From contig NC_014537.1 in NCBI RefSeq assembly GCF_000148385.1, positions 870,001 through 902,000 of the forward strand: DNA of 32,000 bases, in the 5' to 3' direction. Both the position numbers and the translations under genes were made by a program. This stretch comes from Vulcanisaeta distributa DSM 14429 (GTDB lineage: Archaea; Thermoproteota; Thermoprotei; Thermoproteales; Thermocladiaceae). The notes beneath the pieces were generated by a model. That model did not search any database. It saw nothing but the letters and a program-made list of their open reading frames with translations, and was not told the DNA's origin. Shown one piece after another: positions 8,998 through 16,667 of this stretch (its first letter is position 1; every line of letters begins with the position of its first letter).

Positions 8998-9243
8998 ATG
9001 ATCGTGAGGTTCGTACTAACAGAGAAGAGCCTTAGGCTTGCTGAGAGAGAAAATAAGATAACGATTATTGTGCCGAGAAATGCCAGTAAGAAGGAGATTA
9101 GGGATTACGTGGAGAAGACGTACAATGTTAAAGTTGAGAAGGTCAATACATTAATAACGATGACTGGAGAGAAAAAGGCATATGTCAAGTTGGCCCCCGA
9201 GTACAACGCATACGACCTCCTCAGTCGTTTAGGCCTTGTATAA
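8998..9243 (+). CDS. rpl23: 50S ribosomal protein L23 (uL23)
   Basis: [19 protein letters not shown]...[21 protein letters not shown] is typical of L23. The track start at 8959 would overlap rpl4. ATG 8998 lies 4 nt after the rpl4 stop and gives 81 aa. Confidence 0.9.
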   Translation: MIVRFVLTEKSLRLAERENKITIIVPRNASKKEIRDYVEKTYNVKVEKVNTLITMTGEKKAYVKLAPEYNAYDLLSRLGLV

Positions 9244-9287
9244 ATCATTCCCCAATCCAAATAACACTGACTTTAAGTGTAGTGGCT

Positions 9288-9295
9288 TTGTTTTT
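9288..9295 (+). terminator. Oligo-T tract (ttgttttt) downstream of rpl23
   Basis: A T-run lies about 45 nt after the rpl23 stop. The ribosomal gene string ends here. Confidence 0.3.
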
Positions 9296-9303
9296 ACTGA
9301 GGA

Positions 9304-9361
9304 TTTCTCAGGTCGTGGGTTCGTCGTCACCAATCAGCACTTAAGTCCTTGCATCACCCAT
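9304..9361 (-). ncRNA. C/D-box sRNA (2'-O-methylation guide), minus strand
   Basis: Read on the minus strand: C GTGATGC (9357-9351), 13-nt guide, D' CTGA (9337-9334), 3-nt spacer, C' GTGACGA (9330-9324), 12-nt guide, D CTGA (9311-9308). A ttttata box (complement of 9381-9387) lies about 24 nt upstream of the C box. The ends are approximate. Confidence 0.6.
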
Positions 9362-9380
9362 TACCCGTACTTATACTCAG

Positions 9381-9397
9381 TATAAAAGTATTTATAA
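9381..9397. promoter_or_regulatory. Back-to-back TATA boxes (tataaaagtatttataa) for the two divergent C/D sRNA genes
   Basis: tataaaa (9381-9387) serves the minus strand and tttataa (9391-9397) the plus strand. Each lies 23-26 nt from the adjacent C box. Confidence 0.5.
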
Positions 9398-9418
9398 TCC
9401 TAGGCGAAGTATCTTTCA

Positions 9419-9475
9419 TTACGTGATGATGCTTCACCCCCCTGACCTGTGAGGAATTCTTTAAGTGCTGATGTT
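9419..9475 (+). ncRNA. C/D-box sRNA (2'-O-methylation guide), plus strand
   Basis: C GTGATGA (9423-9429), 12-nt guide tgcttcaccccc, D' CTGA (9442-9445), 3-nt spacer, C' GTGAGGA (9449-9455), 12-nt guide attctttaagtg, D CTGA (9468-9471). This is the canonical archaeal 12-nt spacing. The ends are approximate. Confidence 0.65.
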
Positions 9476-9536
9476 GGTTTAGTCAGTATTCATGTCATTA
9501 GATAAGGTTTATTAGTTCTTTTTAATTATCGGTGAC

Positions 9537-9998
9537 GTGGACGTAATTAGGGAGGTTGGTAATGACGACCTGAAGTTCATCTTTATTAAGGATGAAAGTG
9601 CGGCATTGGTGGAGGCCCTATACGTTAAAGGCTTTAGTGAGGAGAGGTATAAGAAATTGAGGAGGTATATTAAGGAGAGGCTTGGTGAGGAATTTTCGGG
9701 AGTTATTAACCTGGACTCAGGCAAGGCATTGGTTAAGGTGCTATTAATTGGTGTTGATCAGGTTGGGCAGTCATTAATTAATGATGTCGTTGATAACGAG
9801 ATTAGTAAGGTTGATTCGTGGATGTCCAATGGCGTGATTAAGGAATTGATCGATAAAGTCGTTAGTGAGGCGAAGGAGGCGAAGAAGACGAAGAAATCAA
9901 GGAGGAAAAAGAAGAGTAAGAAGACGAGGGCAAAGTCTAAGGGCAAAAGAAAAAAGAAATCCAAGAAGAGGTCTAGTGGTTCGAGGAAGAGTTCGTGA
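9537..9998 (+). CDS. Hypothetical protein with a globular N-domain and an extreme Lys/Arg-rich C-terminal tail
   Basis: 153 aa with a GTG start. A TATA-like ggtttattag (9507-9516) lies 21-30 nt upstream. The last 41 residues contain 19 K and 6 R by hand count (KKTKKSRRKKKSKKTRAKSKGKRKKKSKKR...). I do not recognise a family for the N-domain. Confidence 0.6.
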   Translation: MDVIREVGNDDLKFIFIKDESAALVEALYVKGFSEERYKKLRRYIKERLGEEFSGVINLDSGKALVKVLLIGVDQVGQSLINDVVDNEISKVDSWMSNGVIKELIDKVVSEAKEAKKTKKSRRKKKSKKTRAKSKGKRKKKSKKRSSGSRKSS

Positions 9999-10064
9999 AC
10001 ACCTTATTATTGAAAATAATGGGAAAAAAGGCTTTTTATAGGGGTTACTTCCTACGAAGATAGA

Positions 10065-10817
10065 ATGTCCGCAACACCCTTCGAGAAGCCACAAGGCACA
10101 GTAGAGGTGCCGCACATAGAGGTTGATGAAGAGACTAAGGAAATAATAAAGGAAATACTCTCACAAATGAAGAATCCAGTTGAGATACTATTCTTCACAA
10201 GTAATACCTGCGGTAATAGGGACACGAATTGGTGCGTACCAACGGAGGAATTACTAGACCTACTAGCCGAACTGGCGCCACCGGGCAAGTTAATACTGAA
10301 GAAGATAAAGTATGAGGAAAATAGCGACGCCTTCACGAAGTACAATGTTGAGCCACAAAGGGTCCCAGTTATATACTTACTTGACGGTGCGATTAAGTAC
10401 CTGGGCGCGCCACTTGGTGAGGAGGTTAGGGCGTTCATAGAGACGATAGTGAGGATATCGGTTGGTGAGACAAAGTTGAGGCCGAGGACGAAGAAGGGCC
10501 TTGAGGCATTAGTGAATTCAGGTGGTGGTAAGAGGGTTGAGGTGATGACGGTCGTCACGCCGTCGTGCCCGTACTGTCCATACGCCGTTCTAATGGCTAA
10601 TATGTTTGCGTACGATAGTAAGGGTAAGGTTGTTTCAATAACTGTGGAGGCGTACGAGGAGAGCGACATTGCGGATATGTATCAAGTGACTGCCGTGCCA
10701 ACGGTAGTACTTAAGAGGGAGGATCAGGAGGTTGGTAATGTCGAGTTCATAGGCGTTCCTCCAGAAAGCGACCTATTAAAAAAGGTCCTTGATTACAGCG
10801 GTGTTAACCTTCAGTAG
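10065..10817 (+). CDS. Protein disulfide oxidoreductase (PDO-like, two thioredoxin-fold units)
   Basis: 250 aa. The C-terminal unit has the CPYC active site (codons 168-171, nt 10566-10577) and the cis-Pro context TAVPTVV. The N-terminal unit has C49 and C57 spaced CX7C instead of CXXC. TATA tttttata sits at 10033-10040. Confidence 0.8.
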   Translation: MSATPFEKPQGTVEVPHIEVDEETKEIIKEILSQMKNPVEILFFTSNTCGNRDTNWCVPTEELLDLLAELAPPGKLILKKIKYEENSDAFTKYNVEPQRVPVIYLLDGAIKYLGAPLGEEVRAFIETIVRISVGETKLRPRTKKGLEALVNSGGGKRVEVMTVVTPSCPYCPYAVLMANMFAYDSKGKVVSITVEAYEESDIADMYQVTAVPTVVLKREDQEVGNVEFIGVPPESDLLKKVLDYSGVNLQ

Positions 10818-10861
10818 GCTTTCCTCCTTTAAAATTATTAAATCCATGCTTATAAAAGGTC

Positions 10862-11431
10862 ATGGGTATGAGAATATTCTTTGTAACGGGTAATGAGGCT
10901 AAGTTCCACGAGGCCTCCCTGGTACTTAAGGAATTCGGCATAGAGCTCATGATTGATAGAGGTCATAGAAAGGTTGAGATACAAAGTGATAACCTTGAGG
11001 ATATAGTCAGCAATGCGCTTCAGGGTATATGTAGCGATAATCCCAGTGACTACTTCGTGGTTGAGGATGATGGCTTATTCATAAATAAGCTGAATGGTTT
11101 CCCAGGCCCATACTCATCCTATGTCTATAAGACGATAGGGCTTACAGGTATCCTAAAACTAATGAGTGGCGTTGATGATAAGACGGCATACTTTAAGTCC
11201 GTGGTCGGCCTATGCGGTCCCAGGGTCGGCATTAAATTATTTTCAGGTGTTGTATACGGTAGAATTGCAATGGAGCCCAGGGGTACGGAGGGGTTTGGCT
11301 TCGACCCAATATTCATACCGGATGGTTATGATAAGACCTTTGCCGAATTGGGCATTGACATTAAGAATAAGCTATCCCATAGAGCCAGGGCATTTAGGGC
11401 GTTGGGGAATTGGATATTAAGTAATCTTTAG
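10862..11431 (+). CDS. Non-canonical purine NTP pyrophosphatase (HAM1/RdgB/ITPase family)
   Basis: 189 aa. Family motifs are present: FVTGNEAKFHEA, VEDDGLFI..LNGFPGPYSS, GFGFDPIF and SHRARAF. The start may instead be ATG 10868. Confidence 0.9.
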   Translation: MGMRIFFVTGNEAKFHEASLVLKEFGIELMIDRGHRKVEIQSDNLEDIVSNALQGICSDNPSDYFVVEDDGLFINKLNGFPGPYSSYVYKTIGLTGILKLMSGVDDKTAYFKSVVGLCGPRVGIKLFSGVVYGRIAMEPRGTEGFGFDPIFIPDGYDKTFAELGIDIKNKLSHRARAFRALGNWILSNL

Positions 11432-12169
11432 ACGGTTAATCCTCATAATTACTAATGCCGCCTCATAAATTAATGCTGCGGCTGCACCGATAAGTAATGC
11501 CATTAATAGGTAGCTACTATTTAATGATTGACTGTATCTGCATAGGATTGATGTTATGGGCTTACTTGGCTGTACTACGTAGATTATGGGCCTACCTAAC
11601 GCGTACACTATGTATATGGGGATTGATGGGGAACCCGTATTGCATATGACATTACCCGTAATTGTAGGTATAATAATTGCTGAGTTTATCGTGGTTCCGT
11701 AAGTTAGTAATGAGCTTGAGCCATTCGTTACTATGGGCGTTGACCCACTGTATGATAGTAATTCAATAAAGTAATTGGTCCCCTGAATAACGTAGTTATA
11801 CGTACCCGATGCACTACTTATTGGTATTGATGTCGAATAACAAATGGCAGAATTATTACTTATTATCGTGATATTTACTTCATTAACTGGTAGTTGGTTA
11901 TTAGCAAGTCTCATTATTATCCTAATATCGTAATTATTGCTTAGGCTTAAGTCGAGTATTATTGATGTGTTTGTCGTGGTAATAGTCCTTGTCACTATGA
12001 ATGTTGTTGATGGATTTACCCCACATCTGCTTAATGCTTCGTTAATATTATTATTTAATTGCATTATGAAGTAATTACTTATGGAGTAACTCGTCAGCGG
12101 TGACGTAATTATGACCAGGACTGCCGTAAATAGGGCTATTGCGATTATTAATGTATACCTAGTCATCAT
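11417..12169 (-). CDS. Hypothetical surface protein with N- and C-terminal TM helices, Ser/Thr/Asn/Ile-rich
   Basis: 250 aa. The N-terminal helix is LIIAIALFTAVLVIITSPL and the C-terminal anchor is LLMALLIGAAAALIYEAALVIM, followed by RINRLK. There are many NxS/T sequons and the region is very AT-rich. It has its own TATA (complement of 12191-12200). I recognise no homology. Confidence 0.55.
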   Translation of the reverse strand: MMTRYTLIIAIALFTAVLVIITSPLTSYSISNYFIMQLNNNINEALSRCGVNPSTTFIVTRTITTTNTSIILDLSLSNNYDIRIIMRLANNQLPVNEVNITIISNNSAICYSTSIPISSASGTYNYVIQGTNYFIELLSYSGSTPIVTNGSSSLLTYGTTINSAIIIPTITGNVICNTGSPSIPIYIVYALGRPIIYVVQPSKPITSILCRYSQSLNSSYLLMALLIGAAAALIYEAALVIMRINRLKIT

Positions 12170-12209
12170 TAGGTGAGGTGGATTTCTCCGGTTTATTATA
12201 GTTTCCTCA

Positions 12210-12398
12210 CTAAGGATCTACGTGGCTTTCCACATTAACAGCTGACGTTATTAATCCCTCCCTCTTCATATTTAGTAACGTCCTTATTAAATGCGCCCTC
12301 AGTATCTTGGCTCCGCAGTACGTGCAGTAGGGCCTTCCATTTATTAAAACGGTCACCTTCACTGATCCGCAGGCGCTACACTTAAGCATTAATTTCAC
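12210..12398 (-). CDS. Small zinc-ribbon protein (CxxC...CxxC), hypothetical
   Basis: 62 aa. CSACG...CTYCG form a four-Cys ribbon, followed by a basic helix (ILRAHLIRTLLNMKREG). Confidence 0.45.
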   Translation of the reverse strand: MKLMLKCSACGSVKVTVLINGRPYCTYCGAKILRAHLIRTLLNMKREGLITSAVNVESHVDP

Positions 12399-12564
12399 TT
12401 CCAGTGCCTAGTTAATATTAGGCTTACGTTATCATTAAAGGTAATATCTAAGAGTTATTCGTGTTTATTATTTATAAGTTTCGTGGTTTTGACTTTCACT
12501 TTAACTGAAGCAAATGGTTTAAAATGGGTAGGGACCATGGTGTTAATTGTATAGTGTTGGTGCG

Positions 12565-15489
12565 ATGAGCAATTACGAAGTTAAATCCTCCACGTCAAGT
12601 AGGGAGCTGGATGATGTTTACAGGTTACTTCACCCTATAATTCAGTCGGCACTTATTGAGAAAGGTTTTCTGAGGGCTACAGAGCCTCAGAAACTGGCCA
12701 TTCCAAAGATATTGAGTGGCCGTAATGTATTGATAATAGCGCCAACAGGTAGTGGCAAGACGGAAGCAGCCGTATTGCCAGTCCTCTCAATGCTTAGGTG
12801 GGGTATGGATAAGGGCGAGTTCGCCGATAAGGGCATATACATCCTCTATGTTACACCGCTTAGGGCGTTAAATAGGGACTTGCTTGATAGGCTTGTTTGG
12901 TGGGGTGAGAGGGTTGGTATTAAGGTTGGTGTTAGGCATGGGGATACGGACCAGAGCGATAGGGTTAAGCAGAGTAGGGATCCGCCTCAGATGCTCATAA
13001 CAACCCCTGAGACGCTCCAGGCAATACTGGCTGGCAAAAGGTTGAGGGAGCACTTAATGAAGCTTAGGTGGATAATCGTTGATGAAATTCACGAATTTGC
13101 CGAGGATAAAAGGGGTACGCAGTTGGCGCTGACCCTTGAGAGGATTAAGTGGTTGATTGGTAGGAAGCCACAGATAATTGGTTTATCGGCAACCGTGGGT
13201 AGCCCTGAGGAGGTTGCTAAATTCCTCGTTGGTGATGGTGACGAGTGTGACATAGTGCAGTCGAGCATTGTTAGGGAGATGAAGATGGATGTCCTGCACC
13301 CAGAGCCCACTAAGGAGGATGAGGAGATGGCTAAGAACGTTTACCTGTACCCAGACGCAGTCGCCAGGCTTAGGGTGATTAAGGATCTCGTGAGTAATAA
13401 CGGTGCAACGATAGTCTTTGTCAATACGCGATCAATGGCTGAGTTACTCATGTATAGGTTCACAATGCTTGGCTATGACTCCGTAGGCATACACCACAGC
13501 TCCCTATCCAAGGTTTCAAGGATAACCACAGAGAGGGCGTTTAAGGATGGTAAGTTAAAGGCTGTAATAGCAACGTCAAGTCTCGAGCTAGGCATTGATA
13601 TTGGTCACGTGGACTTCGTGATACAGTACCTATCGCCTCACCAGGTTATTAGACTTGTTCAGAGGATTGGTAGGAGTGGTCATAGGCTTGATAAGGTTCC
13701 AAGGGGTGTGGTCATAACTGAGGATTTAAACGATACTCTCGAGGCTGTGGCGATTATAAATAGGGCTAAGTCAGGGCTCCTTGAGGCTACGCAAATACCT
13801 GATAAGCCCTATGATGTGCTTGTTCATCAAATAGTCAGTCTATTAATGATTAAGAGTAAGTGGACTATTGATGAACTTTACGATTTAATAAGGAGGGCTT
13901 ACCCATACAGGAAGTTATCAATTGAGGAGCTTAAGGGCGTCCTTAGGTTTATGAGTGAGATCCTTAATCCAAGACTTGCCTACTTCATTGAGAATGAGGG
14001 TGTTGTACTTAAGCCAAGCGGCGTTAGGGCTAGGAGGGAGATGTATAGGTACTTCTTTGATCAAATGTCCATGATACCCGACGAGAAGCATTACTTAGTA
14101 ATTAACCAGGTAAATGAGGAACCCATCGGCGTGCTTGACGAGGCATTCGTGGCCGAGTATGGGGAACCTGGCGTTAAGTTCGTGTTTAGAGGCGGTGTCT
14201 GGGTTTTGCAGAAAATAGTTGGTGATACGATCTACGTGGCGCCTGCCAAGGACACAATAGGCGCAATACCATCATGGGTTGGTGAGGAAATACCTGTACC
14301 ATTCGAAGTCGCTCAAGACGTTGGTAGTATTAAGGAGGAGATGAGCAATTACATAACTAAGGTTGGGCCTGAGGTAACGACTGACATGTTTGCAATGAAG
14401 CTTGGCGTTTCGAGGGACACGGTTAAGTACGTGGTGGATAAGGTAATGGAGCACATGGAGAGTGGTGTCCCAATGCCATCGCATAGGCTCATTCTCCTCG
14501 AGCGCGTCGGGGACTTGATAGTGCTTTATACGCATGGCGGTACATTAGTTAATAGGACAATAGCCAGGATACTCGGTGAAGTATTAACAGAGAGACTTGG
14601 TTATCCTGTAGGTGTTCAGCAGGATGCCTATGCGGTAATAATACAGTTACCAAGGCCTGGCATTGATACGGCGCTCATCGTACATACCATAATGGATGTC
14701 GCTAATATGGATGAGAGAACATTCATTGACTATGCAATGAGGGCGATAACTAGGACGGGCATCTTCAAGAGGAAGTTTGTTCACGTTGCCCGAAGGTTCA
14801 ACGTGATTAAGAAGGATAGGGAGTTGAGTGATTTAGCAATAACGAACTTAGTGGAACTTTATAAGGGGTCGCCAGTATTTACGGAGACCCTTAAGGAGGT
14901 TCTTACGAGGGATTTTGACCTGGATAATACGTACTTATTCCTAAAATCATTAATCAATGGTGAGAGGAAATTGGTAACTGTTGAGAGGAGTGAGTTTAGT
15001 CCGATGAGTAGGGAGATTGTGGATAAAATAAGTCATAGGCTTGAGGTGATGGCTCCGGAGAGACTCGATAAGTTGGTTAGGGAGAGTGTTAAGGCTAGGT
15101 TATTAAATGAGTCGATGACGCTTGTATGCCTTAACTGCGGCTGGGTTGGTTCAGCCAGGAATAAAGACCTACCAGACAAACCCAAGTGTCCCAGGTGTGG
15201 TTCGGAGAGACTTGGTGCGTTGAAGATTGATGAGGAGAAGATTAGGCAGGTTGTTGAGAGGTGGAGGGAGGGTAAGGCTAGGTCTGAGGATAATGAAATT
15301 ATTGAGTACATAAATAGGACGGCGGAACTCGTTAGTAAATACGGCAAGCTTGCCGTGCTTGCACTATCTAGTAGGGTTAGGATTGACGATATTGAGGAGT
15401 TTCTACCAAGGATAGGCGATATTGATAAGTTAGTGCTGGTGGTTCATGAACTCGAAAAGAGGGAATTAAGGAGGAGGTTCATGGAGTGA
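12565..15489 (+). CDS. lhr: Lhr-family ATP-dependent DEAD/DEAH-box helicase with C-terminal zinc ribbon
   Basis: Motif I APTGSGKTEAA, motif II DEIHE, SAT, motif VI QRIGRSGH, a long DEAD/H-associated region, and a C-terminal CLNCGW...CPRCGS. The track start is TTG 12547; I prefer ATG 12565. Confidence 0.88.
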   Translation: MSNYEVKSSTSSRELDDVYRLLHPIIQSALIEKGFLRATEPQKLAIPKILSGRNVLIIAPTGSGKTEAAVLPVLSMLRWGMDKGEFADKGIYILYVTPLRALNRDLLDRLVWWGERVGIKVGVRHGDTDQSDRVKQSRDPPQMLITTPETLQAILAGKRLREHLMKLRWIIVDEIHEFAEDKRGTQLALTLERIKWLIGRKPQIIGLSATVGSPEEVAKFLVGDGDECDIVQSSIVREMKMDVLHPEPTKEDEEMAKNVYLYPDAVARLRVIKDLVSNNGATIVFVNTRSMAELLMYRFTMLGYDSVGIHHSSLSKVSRITTERAFKDGKLKAVIATSSLELGIDIGHVDFVIQYLSPHQVIRLVQRIGRSGHRLDKVPRGVVITEDLNDTLEAVAIINRAKSGLLEATQIPDKPYDVLVHQIVSLLMIKSKWTIDELYDLIRRAYPYRKLSIEELKGVLRFMSEILNPRLAYFIENEGVVLKPSGVRARREMYRYFFDQMSMIPDEKHYLVINQVNEEPIGVLDEAFVAEYGEPGVKFVFRGGVWVLQKIVGDTIYVAPAKDTIGAIPSWVGEEIPVPFEVAQDVGSIKEEMSNYITKVGPEVTTDMFAMKLGVSRDTVKYVVDKVMEHMESGVPMPSHRLILLERVGDLIVLYTHGGTLVNRTIARILGEVLTERLGYPVGVQQDAYAVIIQLPRPGIDTALIVHTIMDVANMDERTFIDYAMRAITRTGIFKRKFVHVARRFNVIKKDRELSDLAITNLVELYKGSPVFTETLKEVLTRDFDLDNTYLFLKSLINGERKLVTVERSEFSPMSREIVDKISHRLEVMAPERLDKLVRESVKARLLNESMTLVCLNCGWVGSARNKDLPDKPKCPRCGSERLGALKIDEEKIRQVVERWREGKARSEDNEIIEYINRTAELVSKYGKLAVLALSSRVRIDDIEEFLPRIGDIDKLVLVVHELEKRELRRRFME

Positions 15490-16662
15490 TGCCTCATAAA
15501 CAGCCTTAATCAATGCCTCCTCATTCTCATTGGCATGAACCCTTCTTAACTCAACGAACCTCCTATAAACCTCCACGACCTTCTCAATCCTAAACCTCTC
15601 ACAGTCATTATTCACGCACATGCTAAAGGGTGGTACATCCTTCCTAATAAGCCCAATGACACTGCTCCCCTGCCCAATGTACTTACCGCTCATTATTGAC
15701 GTGTTAATCCCCACCTTAACCCAATCACCAATTATTGAACCAAGCTTAATCATGCCTGTGTCAATACCCATGTACCTAATAATGCCTATCGTATTTTTTA
15801 AATTCGAGGTTACCGAGCCAGCCCCAATATTAACCCACCTGCCCACGTAGGAATCACCCAGGTAACTAAAGTGCTCCTTAAGGCTGTGCATATCCACTAT
15901 CGAATTCTTAACCTCACCACCAACTGCATTATTCATATACAGTACCGTGCCCTCCCTAATGTATGCATGAGGCAATACCCTAGAACCTGGACCGAGCAGT
16001 GATGGACCCTTAATATAAGTTAATGGTTCAATGATTGTATTTATTGCTATTACATTACCTGCCCTCTCATCAATAATGGCATTACTTGAGACGTCAGAGT
16101 CCACGGTCTTATCACCAATGATTTTTACTAAGTACTTAGAATTACTGCGGAGTAATTCAGTATTCCATTTAATTATGGACCAAATGCCATTAGCCACTGG
16201 TAAATCACAATTATTGATTACATCTTTCGCACCTGTTTCACGCCCATTAGTAATACTTAGGAGAACCTTATCGTTACATTTAATCTCGGCTTCCGTCCTC
16301 GTATTAACAATCAATTTATTTAATACATCTATTTGAGGGATTAATGACGTATATATCCACAGGGTTGTCCCACTTATATCCTCGATATTATGTATATACC
16401 TTACTGAATACTTTAGGTTAAGTTTAGACAATATTGAATCAGCAATACCTTGCCAATACCTAGCCAGATAATCGCGGGTAACAACGTATATATTCACATC
16501 ATATCCAAGGTTCATTAACCATAATGCCACGTGTTCGTAGTATCGAAGACCACCAATTATTAAGTCACTGAGCGGTGTACTAATTGATAATGGGTAATAG
16601 TTCCTGTGGTTGTCCTCTATTATCACAACATTATCAAACTGCACAATAAGTATTTCAGCCAT
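15466..16662 (-). CDS. GlmU/GCD1-like nucleotidyltransferase-fold protein with C-terminal left-handed beta-helix; the Gly-rich NTP loop is not conserved
   Basis: 398 aa. The C-terminal hexapeptide-repeat region is clear (VGRWVNIGAGSVTSN...IGDWVKVGINTSIMSGKYIGQGSSV). The N-terminus reads VIIEDNHRNYYPLSISTPLSDLIIGG where canonical enzymes have GGxGTRLxPLT. Confidence 0.7.
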   Translation of the reverse strand: MAEILIVQFDNVVIIEDNHRNYYPLSISTPLSDLIIGGLRYYEHVALWLMNLGYDVNIYVVTRDYLARYWQGIADSILSKLNLKYSVRYIHNIEDISGTTLWIYTSLIPQIDVLNKLIVNTRTEAEIKCNDKVLLSITNGRETGAKDVINNCDLPVANGIWSIIKWNTELLRSNSKYLVKIIGDKTVDSDVSSNAIIDERAGNVIAINTIIEPLTYIKGPSLLGPGSRVLPHAYIREGTVLYMNNAVGGEVKNSIVDMHSLKEHFSYLGDSYVGRWVNIGAGSVTSNLKNTIGIIRYMGIDTGMIKLGSIIGDWVKVGINTSIMSGKYIGQGSSVIGLIRKDVPPFSMCVNNDCERFRIEKVVEVYRRFVELRRVHANENEEALIKAVYEASLHEPPP

Positions 16663-16667
16663 AATTA

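Noticed and set aside
9267-9300. Possible third C/D sRNA (CTGA-ctttaagtg...CTGA) just after rpl23
   Set aside because: No RUGAUGA-like C or C' box occurs at the required distance on either strand. It is more likely a degenerate remnant or the rpl23 3' UTR and terminator.
10052-10669. 205-aa minus-strand ORF
   Set aside because: It is fully antisense to the PDO gene, which has clear CPYC/thioredoxin-fold homology. The Ser/Leu-rich shadow ORF is typical of the complement of purine-rich coding strands.
15466-15489. Convergent 3'-end overlaps (lhr with the GlmU-like gene, 24 nt; also ITPase with the membrane protein at 11417-11431, 15 nt; malic enzyme and UPF0147 are 2 nt apart)
   Set aside because: This is ordinary genome compaction in hyperthermophilic archaea. 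There is no evidence of regulatory antisense function from sequence alone.
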